From the IMG/VR virus record IMGVR_UViG_3300020153_000001, positions 71,540 to 135,539 of that record: 64,000 bases of DNA; one strand, 5' to 3'. The notes below the pieces were generated by a model. That model did no database searches and was not told the DNA's origin. It saw only the letters and a list, made by a program, of their open reading frames with translations. Of the stretch, positions 57,193 through 64,000 are shown one piece after another. The position numbers were made by a program, and so were the translations under genes. The stretch's first letter is position 1. The number at the start of each line of letters is the position of its first letter. The DNA is from a virus.

Positions 57193-58192
57193 AACTGGCC
57201 ATAGCCTGCTTTATAAGACCGTCGCAGACCTCTTTCGTTAGCTTGCCAGGATCTGCAGGGTGACCCTTTACGCATACTACGCGAATATTGTTCGATCTTA
57301 GCGTATTTGCAATTTTTTCTGCGCTATCCGCGGCATCAGGATCTAAGAATACGATACATCTATCCCAGGCCAAGCTTATAAGCGTCAACTGCTGTAGACT
57401 CAATGTCTTGCCAAACAGAGCTCCAGCATACCCTATCCGGGCGGCATCGAACACACCCTCTACTAGTATGCCAACGTTAGATAGCTTAGCCTTGTCGTAG
57501 TTGTAAATGTATCGCTTAATACTCATTCCTGGAGCCGAAAAGTACTTCGGCATCTTTCCAGGAGGCGTCCCTATATATCGACATTGCCAACCCACTCTCT
57601 GGCCATTAAAGTCTATGGGAAAGACGAGCTTATCGATGGCATAGGGATATTGAGAAGAGTCATAGCAATAACAGACTCCAAAATTATCCTGCAAATGCGC
57701 TGGATCGAACCCCCTTTCGCGTAAGAACTTTATCGCTTTGTGGGAGCTGTCCAGCTCTTTCAGCGGTATGCAGTCCCCCGGTAGAGGTGGGAGCTGAATA
57801 TTATCGCTTTGCTTATCGTACACAAAGTTATGTGTGGATATATCATAATTGGATATAAAAACCGAATCAATGAGCGAACTTAGCACATTCCAGTCGCTTA
57901 GACAATCATTGTGAAAACATTTTGCAGCTGCCCAAAGTCTTTTATCGAGCTCTGGCAGATAGCAACCCCATACATGGCTTATCCACAGTCTATATCGTCT
58001 GTCGGCATCCCCTCTTTTGGCGCAGAAGGGACAGCATATACGGTATGTTTCGCCGTAGTCTAATATTTCTAAATAAGGAGAGCCGGCGAACTCTCCCGCG
58101 TTATAACGGAACGGCTCGCCGGCTTTTGCTATTTTTACGGAACCGAATGTCCTTTCCAGAAGAGAAAACAAAGTGACATTAATAGGATTCAT
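57188..58192 (-). CDS. DNA primase (Zn finger + TOPRIM)
   Basis: CCPFC, VEGVFDA and FLDPDA. Confidence 0.8.
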   Translation of the reverse strand: MNPINVTLFSLLERTFGSVKIAKAGEPFRYNAGEFAGSPYLEILDYGETYRICCPFCAKRGDADRRYRLWISHVWGCYLPELDKRLWAAAKCFHNDCLSDWNVLSSLIDSVFISNYDISTHNFVYDKQSDNIQLPPLPGDCIPLKELDSSHKAIKFLRERGFDPAHLQDNFGVCYCYDSSQYPYAIDKLVFPIDFNGQRVGWQCRYIGTPPGKMPKYFSAPGMSIKRYIYNYDKAKLSNVGILVEGVFDAARIGYAGALFGKTLSLQQLTLISLAWDRCIVFLDPDAADSAEKIANTLRSNNIRVVCVKGHPADPGKLTKEVCDGLIKQAMASF

Positions 58193-58201
58193 TTAGTACT
58201 C

Positions 58202-59725
58202 CTAGAAATCAACGCTAACGACTCTAGACTTCATACTTCTTTCGCGAGGCACAATTCGCTTAACGGTATAGTCGTACTGATATAGATCGTCAACGGTAAT
58301 AAACCGAGAAAGCTCACCATCAAGCTGACAAACAACGGGTGGCGGTGTTTTTCCGTCTCGTGTCTTAGTCCATGTCAGCAGGCACATGTTTGTTTCTGGG
58401 TCTTTGAAACCTAGGCAAAATACATAAGATGCATTGACCCCGAAATCTGCGCACCAAGCCGCATCTGCGTGCGAAATGGGTACGGAAACGCTTCTATTCC
58501 GCTGTAATGCGCCCCTTACTTGATGTACTACTAAGACAGAGCAGTCAAACGGATATGCAATTTTGTTGTAAACATTGTCTACAAAACGACCTAGCTCTAA
58601 GATTATATTCTTATCCTGCTGTTTAGTGCTTTGCAGATATCTTTGCACGACCATACCCGCCCAGTCTATCACTAGCAACCGGAGAGGGATCCCTAGCTGG
58701 TTACAGTAACGATCTATAAAGCTCACTATTTCGTTAATACCGCCGTATCCATATACAGCGCCCGTTTCATCAGGAACACCAGAGAAGTTAAATATCTTTA
58801 TGTAGCTTTCAAGGACATCCTTACTTGCTTCGATCCTCTCCCTTTGCCCCATAAGCCGCGGGATCTCGCCACGATGCATTAGCTCCTTATCCGAAGGGGC
58901 AGGGTTATCTGTTGTGGATAACTCGTCAAGGCTGTTGATATTCATGAGAATAGATCTTGGTATCTTCGCGATATAGCTAGTGAAAATAGACGCTGGGCGT
59001 TTTATAAGCCCCTCATAACCGAAGTACGCAAACCATCCTGACTGCGACCTACCATGTAGCTTGTCGTCGGCATTCAACGTAAGTGCAGCTTGTGCTAGTA
59101 TTTGACATGATAGTATCGTTTTGCCTCCCCCTGTCGGCCCCAGCAAGACATTCACATTCTTCGTATACATCTGCATGTTGGAATCTATAAACGGTAGCCG
59201 CGTTTTTATAACAGTTCCGGAATCGGACTGGCAAAGTCCCTTTAGCACAGATCCGTCTGGAAGCGAGACAGCTATCGAAGACACCTGCCGCATCTTTTGT
59301 TCCGCCTCCTGCAATATCTTCGGAAGCTTTGATGCTGGCGCCTCGACAGCCGTCTCAAGGTCTTTTGATAGGGATCGCTTGACAACGTCTGCAAGAAAGT
59401 CTTGTAATATCTGACTTCCGTGTGCAGTATCTTTGAAGTCGCTGGCAGGTTGGTCATATAACGTAAGGAGACTAGCAGCTTCTGTTTTTAGCTGCGACAA
59501 TACCGCACTGTGGCTTATTCTGCTAAGCTCGGATAGGACAACGCTTCGACTAGGGACTCTGCCAAATTTCTCATAGTATGCCTTTATAAGCAACCATATG
59601 ATCTTATAATGCTGCTCGGTCGATAAAAAATGATCTTCCCTAATGAGGGGGGCTGCTATGCGCATAAAAGCAGGGTTATGGATAGCGTAAGACAATATTG
59701 CGTTAAGACGATAGTTGTGTTGCAT
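58202..59725 (-). CDS. DnaB-like replicative helicase
   Basis: LLGPTGGGKT, LLVIDWAG, VVHQ, KTRDG. Confidence 0.8.
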   Translation of the reverse strand: MQHNYRLNAILSYAIHNPAFMRIAAPLIREDHFLSTEQHYKIIWLLIKAYYEKFGRVPSRSVVLSELSRISHSAVLSQLKTEAASLLTLYDQPASDFKDTAHGSQILQDFLADVVKRSLSKDLETAVEAPASKLPKILQEAEQKMRQVSSIAVSLPDGSVLKGLCQSDSGTVIKTRLPFIDSNMQMYTKNVNVLLGPTGGGKTILSCQILAQAALTLNADDKLHGRSQSGWFAYFGYEGLIKRPASIFTSYIAKIPRSILMNINSLDELSTTDNPAPSDKELMHRGEIPRLMGQRERIEASKDVLESYIKIFNFSGVPDETGAVYGYGGINEIVSFIDRYCNQLGIPLRLLVIDWAGMVVQRYLQSTKQQDKNIILELGRFVDNVYNKIAYPFDCSVLVVHQVRGALQRNRSVSVPISHADAAWCADFGVNASYVFCLGFKDPETNMCLLTWTKTRDGKTPPPVVCQLDGELSRFITVDDLYQYDYTVKRIVPRERSMKSRVVSVDF

Positions 59726-59729
59726 GCTG

Positions 59730-60443
59730 CTACCCTTTCAATTTTGACTCCGGAGTCAAAATTCCGGCGTCGACCATAAATTTCTCGATAATATCGCCAA
59801 AGTATCTACCCCAAACCCTTATGTAGCCCTTCGGATCCATCTTAGCTTGCGTTGCGGCCGCGTTTCGCCACATACTGGCTATGTCGTAAAACTTGGTATC
59901 TACGGCACAAAGATACCTAATAAGAGGCGACAAACCGCTGGAAGAGCTAGTTAGTATGTGCCGCCAGCACTGTTCTGTCGAGTCGAAGTATGGCTCATTG
60001 ACAGCCACTTCTAGTTCAAAACGAGCAATTTCGGCTTCCAGCTTGGACTTTAGCGTGTCGTCGGCTATGCTATTGTAATCATGATAATTCTTCAGTGCCT
60101 TCTTCCCCAACAAGAAAGTTGGATAAAGTTCAGAAGGTTTCTCGCTATAAACAAACTGTGCATGTACGTATCTATGAACATCGTCTATGCCGTGATCTAT
60201 CAGAAACTGGGCAATCCTACGCCAAATATTGCAACCGTCAACCTTTGATGGCCTGTCCCATCTTGTTTCTTCTTTTCCATATTCAGATTCGCTGTCACCA
60301 GAATAATATCTCCTATTTTCCACGTAGCATTCTCTGACAGTTTTCTCTATCTCAGATATATTAGATACCGTCGTGGACGATTCAGATAAGACATTAGGAG
60401 GTAGTCGTTTCACAGGGCCTATTGTATGTGATTGGCCAGCCAT
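59730..60443 (-). CDS. hypothetical protein (237 aa)
   Basis: ORF between the two helicase genes. Confidence 0.6.
   Translation of the reverse strand: MAGQSHTIGPVKRLPPNVLSESSTTVSNISEIEKTVRECYVENRRYYSGDSESEYGKEETRWDRPSKVDGCNIWRRIAQFLIDHGIDDVHRYVHAQFVYSEKPSELYPTFLLGKKALKNYHDYNSIADDTLKSKLEAEIARFELEVAVNEPYFDSTEQCWRHILTSSSSGLSPLIRYLCAVDTKFYDIASMWRNAAATQAKMDPKGYIRVWGRYFGDIIEKFMVDAGILTPESKLKG
59742..59761. repeat. 20-bp palindrome, copy 13 (in the last codons of the CDS, LTPESK)
   Basis: Exact match, 16 nt upstream of the DnaB-like ATG. Confidence 0.95.
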
Positions 60444-61884
60444 TGTTCCTATAGCTCCTAAGGCGGGCTAGAGATCTGGCGTTTGCCCAAGCGTCAAACC
60501 TGTCTAAACAATCTACTAGAATACCGTATGATTTACCAGTAGCGGGGTCTATCCTAGCCACCCGACCAGGCCACTGCTGGTTGTTTGTCTCGCTATAGCC
60601 GCCATCAGCGCGGATGAGAACTTGAAGGCTATCAAAGCTAACGCCCTGTGTCCATATGGTGGTCGCTATACAGCCCATTATATCACGAGACTCAAATCGT
60701 GCCTTTATGGACATCCTATCACGATACGATAGCTTTGGGATCTTGTCAAGAAGTCCTCTCTTTTTAAGGAACCTTATTGACGGCCGGTCCAGATTCATAT
60801 TGCTATAGCAGACATGAAATTCCGGCAAAAGGTCCTTCAAATATACCATATGCTCAACCGTTTCAACAAGAATAAGCGTTTGAAAGCCGAGTTGAACGAA
60901 TTGGCGGGCTGTTTCGGCTATCTTCTTGTTTCTAGCCGCATTTCGCCAATACGCAAAACGTTTCATACTAACTTGATTATGGTAATACTTCGACACATTT
61001 ACGCCCTGTGCAATATCCAACAAGTAGACTTTTATTGGCACGACAAGACCGGCGCGGACAGCTTCCTCCCAGTTAATCTCAAATATCACCGGCCCAAATA
61101 GCCCTTCCATCCTACGATGTGCATTATCCATCCTAGTGTCGGGCGTAGCCGTAAGACCAAACATACATGCATGGTCATATCTCGCCAATTCTTTTACCGC
61201 TCTGTCTGTCATAAGTTTATGAACTTCGTCAGCCAGTACGATATCCGCATCCCCATCTACGTACTTCATACTCATGTCAGATACAATTGTGATACGTTTC
61301 TTGTCGCAACTGCCCCTTGCGATAACGCCGACCTCGGGCGACACTGCTATAAGATGTCTGTAAAGATCCTCTATGAGCTCGTTTCCGTGCGTGATAACAT
61401 CGATTTTTGCTTCTGGGTAGAGAAGGCAAATCGCCGATATCAGCTTAGTTTTACCAAAAGCAGGAGGGGCGACCACGATGCCGCCCCTACGTCTTCTTAT
61501 CCTTGCCATAATTGCAGCAATACAGTCCAACTGTTTTGGCCTAAACTGAAAATTCTTTGCCAATGCGCTTACGTCTTCTCGATATCGTCTAGCATCAAAC
61601 GATTTACAATCTTCCTCGACTGTAACATCGAAACCTTCTGATGATAGTATGCCATATATCTTGTCTATCCAGCCGCGCTGGCAAACGATTATGCCGGTGC
61701 TATCAATGTGATACAACGCGCAGCGTTCTACTTGTTTACTAAACCGACCTCGTTTGTAGCTTACGTTGATCTTCGTAAATACAAGCTGCTTAGTAATCTT
61801 ATCAACAATGTCTCCATTAAGTGGTAAGTGTCCGTCTGCGGATATTTCGATAACAGGACCGTTAACACGAATCAGAGCTTTCAT
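60394..61884 (-). CDS. superfamily 2 helicase (UvsW-like)
   Basis: VAPPAFGKT, DEVH, GLTATP, QGVS and QWPGRVAR. Confidence 0.88.
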   Translation of the reverse strand: MKALIRVNGPVIEISADGHLPLNGDIVDKITKQLVFTKINVSYKRGRFSKQVERCALYHIDSTGIIVCQRGWIDKIYGILSSEGFDVTVEEDCKSFDARRYREDVSALAKNFQFRPKQLDCIAAIMARIRRRRGGIVVAPPAFGKTKLISAICLLYPEAKIDVITHGNELIEDLYRHLIAVSPEVGVIARGSCDKKRITIVSDMSMKYVDGDADIVLADEVHKLMTDRAVKELARYDHACMFGLTATPDTRMDNAHRRMEGLFGPVIFEINWEEAVRAGLVVPIKVYLLDIAQGVNVSKYYHNQVSMKRFAYWRNAARNKKIAETARQFVQLGFQTLILVETVEHMVYLKDLLPEFHVCYSNMNLDRPSIRFLKKRGLLDKIPKLSYRDRMSIKARFESRDIMGCIATTIWTQGVSFDSLQVLIRADGGYSETNNQQWPGRVARIDPATGKSYGILVDCLDRFDAWANARSLARLRSYRNNGWPITYNRPCETTTS

Positions 61885-61893
61885 ATTACCTCC
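61838..61893 (-). repeat. 56-bp direct repeat: SD plus the 5' end of the helicase gene (second copy at 62566-62621)
   Basis: 5 mismatches in 56 bp; copies encode MKALIRVNGPVIEISA vs MKALIRVDGHVIEITA. Confidence 0.9.
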
Positions 61894-62003
61894 AGATACT
61901 TCAACCCGACGCCAACAGGGTAACGGCTCCTATGCTTGGAATCGCCATTGCAAGTGCTATCGAACGAGCACGCAAATGTTCAACCCATGTTTTCGTTGGC
62001 TTC

Positions 62004-62411
62004 CTACTCTTCTTTTTCTTTACCTTCGGCTATACTCTGCACCTTCCGGATGTACTTCCGCACCTCCTCGCTCCATGGTAGGCGGACGGGGAGATGGCTA
62101 GCCAAAAAATCGCAAAACTCATAGAATTCGTGGGGATCGCTACGCCGCACCTCACAATCGTCTATCGCCGATTGTATTGCTTCGATTATTCGCATTTCCG
62201 TTTCATCGATGACTGCTTCCCGCAGGTCGTTGATGTGCTCATGCTCATCGACGATCTCTTGCGCTACTTCCTCGGCGTTGTCTATACCGCACAAGTCCCG
62301 TCCTCGTGCCAGTATCCTCCGCAGCTCGACAAGCGGCGCATTGCGGGCGTTATCTAACATGGTTTCTAGTTCGGCGATGACTGTCTTGTAGTGCTGAATT
62401 GCGCTTGTCAT
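62004..62411 (-). CDS. hypothetical protein (135 aa)
   Basis: GAGGAG SD upstream. Confidence 0.6.
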   Translation of the reverse strand: MTSAIQHYKTVIAELETMLDNARNAPLVELRRILARGRDLCGIDNAEEVAQEIVDEHEHINDLREAVIDETEMRIIEAIQSAIDDCEVRRSDPHEFYEFCDFLASHLPVRLPWSEEVRKYIRKVQSIAEGKEKEE

Positions 62412-62488
62412 AGTTGGCTCCTCTTCGCAGGCTACCTCTATTGGCCAGTCCAGATGCCTGCTACCCGGACTGCCTTACTTGGTTATAC

Positions 62489-62561
62489 TGGAGGCGGGCG
62501 GGCTTGAACCGCCAACCCCTAGCCTGCAAGGCTAGTGCTCTCCCATTTGAGCTACGCCCCC
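62489..62561 (-). tRNA. tRNA-Ala(TGC)
   Basis: GGGGGCG/CGCCTCC acceptor with G3:U70; CTAGC-CTTGCAG-GCTAG anticodon arm. Confidence 0.9.
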
Positions 62562-62624
62562 TGCGGCAGTTATTTCGATAACATGGCCGTCAACACGAAT
62601 CAGAGCTTTCATATTACCTCCCGT

Positions 62625-62659
62625 AAAACAAAAACCTCGGCAGTACAGTATGCCGAGGT
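62625..62659 (-). terminator. intrinsic terminator
   Basis: ACCTCGGCA/TGCCGAGGT stem, then TTTTGTTTT on the minus strand. Confidence 0.7.
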
Positions 62660-62693
62660 CATCTTAAGCTGTCAATAACGTCCGCGACACGAA

Positions 62694-64000
62694 TTACGCA
62701 AAATCTTTAAGTACCGTCATGCTGCCAATAACGAGGGTTATTTTCTGGTTATCTTTAATGGCTTCTATTTCGTAAGATACCGAGTTATGTCCGGCAGGGA
62801 GCAGCGAAGTGTTCGCAGACGTAAGCTCAACAGTTACTATCTGCTTACCGTTCTGGATAGACAGCGTAGGCGTAACTACAAGTTTCTGATCACCATTCGA
62901 CGAGTCAACAGCTACAAACTTTAATGTTCTATCTTGCAGATTAGGAGACGAGCCGAACACAAACTTTAAGGCTCTTCCGTCGCTTTCTAAATAAGAGTCG
63001 CCGCGTATAAGAGTTATTTGCTTGGTTACCGGGTTAACCGGCGCAAATATAATTGTTGTTTCTTGTATTCTCAATGTCGCACTGACGACGTCCTGCAACG
63101 CTTTACCTGTTGTACCGGCGTTCTGATGTTCGCTTAGTGTAACGTCCCACACGGCGGCTAACGATTCTGGTTCGATTTCGACCCCGCCGACTTGCGCGCG
63201 CACTAGGTTCTCTTCCGTAAACTGCAAACGATCCGTCTTGGCCTTGATCGCCGCAATAGAAGCATTATCTGGCGCTGTGTATTCGGACGCAGCGAGCGCT
63301 GTCTTTGCCCGATCATAATCAGAAGTTAGACTGTAGTCGGTCTTGTCGGCCACTGTCTCCGCTTTGGCCTTGACGTAGTTTTCTGATGTGAACTGTAGTT
63401 TGTCGGTTTGTGTTTTAATAGCGTCAACACTGGATTGCGATGCCGCCGTTTTAGCAGCATCGTAGGCGCTCGTCAGACTGTACCCTGTCTTATCTTCGTT
63501 GGTCGAAACGGTTACAGTTTCGCCGTCTAGAGTGGCTTTGACGTCGTTTTCCGTCGTAAATTGCAGTTTATCTGTTTGCGCCTTAATGGCATCCACTGTG
63601 GTTTGTGAAGCCGCTGTTTTGGCAGCTTCGTAATCAGCCGTCAGCGAAAAGCCTGATTTATCGGTCAAAGTCCTATTGGAATAAGTCCAGACCTCTTCTG
63701 CACTCGCTCCGCCTGCACCGTACGCATAAACAGCATTGGACTCGTTAAAAGTCAGCTTATCGGTTTTGGCTTTGATGGCGTCAGCGGTTTCTTGATTAGC
63801 CGCCGTTTTGGCGGCGTCATAAGCCGAAGTTAACGAGTACCCGGTTTTGTCTTGGTTGGTCGAAACGGTTACGGTTTCGCCGTCCAAGGTAGCTTTGACG
63901 TCGTTTTCCGTTGTGAATTGAAGCTTATCTGTCTGAGCCTTGATTGCCGCAATACCGGCGTTATCTGGTGCTGTATATTCCGAGACCGCTAAAGCAGTTT
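62694..64000 (-). CDS. repeat-rich putative tail/fibre protein (5' end beyond the window)
   Basis: Repeats of AIKAQTDKLQFT.EN.V...DKTGYSLTSAYDAAKTAA; the frame stays open to the window edge. Confidence 0.55.
   Translation of the reverse strand, partial: TALAVSEYTAPDNAGIAAIKAQTDKLQFTTENDVKATLDGETVTVSTNQDKTGYSLTSAYDAAKTAANQETADAIKAKTDKLTFNESNAVYAYGAGGASAEEVWTYSNRTLTDKSGFSLTADYEAAKTAASQTTVDAIKAQTDKLQFTTENDVKATLDGETVTVSTNEDKTGYSLTSAYDAAKTAASQSSVDAIKTQTDKLQFTSENYVKAKAETVADKTDYSLTSDYDRAKTALAASEYTAPDNASIAAIKAKTDRLQFTEENLVRAQVGGVEIEPESLAAVWDVTLSEHQNAGTTGKALQDVVSATLRIQETTIIFAPVNPVTKQITLIRGDSYLESDGRALKFVFGSSPNLQDRTLKFVAVDSSNGDQKLVVTPTLSIQNGKQIVTVELTSANTSLLPAGHNSVSYEIEAIKDNQKITLVIGSMTVLKDFA

Noticed and set aside
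22-59761. The 20-bp palindrome copies as a CRISPR array or sigma70 promoter
   Set aside because: Copies are kilobases apart with genes between them. Although TTGACT resembles a -35 box, no copy checked has a good -10 at 16-18 nt.
61838-62621. The 56-bp direct repeat as a DGR TR/VR pair or a prophage att site
   Set aside because: The mismatches are not adenine-restricted, the repeat is a gene 5' end rather than a tRNA 3' end, and no integrase is present.

Overview
This is a 64 kb segment of a large, probably myovirus-like dsDNA phage; almost every gene is on the minus strand. The host cannot be determined from the sequence, and the Planctomycete-like lipoprotein is only a weak hint. The window covers a replication module (UDG-fused family A polymerase, primase, DnaB-like and SF2 helicases, RecA-like protein, ligase) and packaging/structural genes (terminase, portal-like, baseplate J). 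It also has a glycosyltransferase/radical-SAM cluster, a sigma factor, CsrA, a cold-shock protein, tmRNA, three tRNAs and a Csx15-like CRISPR ancillary protein. The most striking element is a retron-type reverse transcriptase (27175-28140) preceded by four separate retron-like msr-msd units (28180-29124) instead of one. Each unit has its own a1/a2 arms, an unpaired G at the branch position and a different msd hairpin, and three share a conserved msr motif. Other unexplained structure: 13 copies of the palindrome TTTTGACTCCGGAGTCAAAA (12 full-length), mostly at gene junctions, and a 45-bp perfect inverted repeat enclosing a nested non-coding region (49851-50237). All calls come from manual reading of the sequence and the supplied ORF track; no database searches were run.
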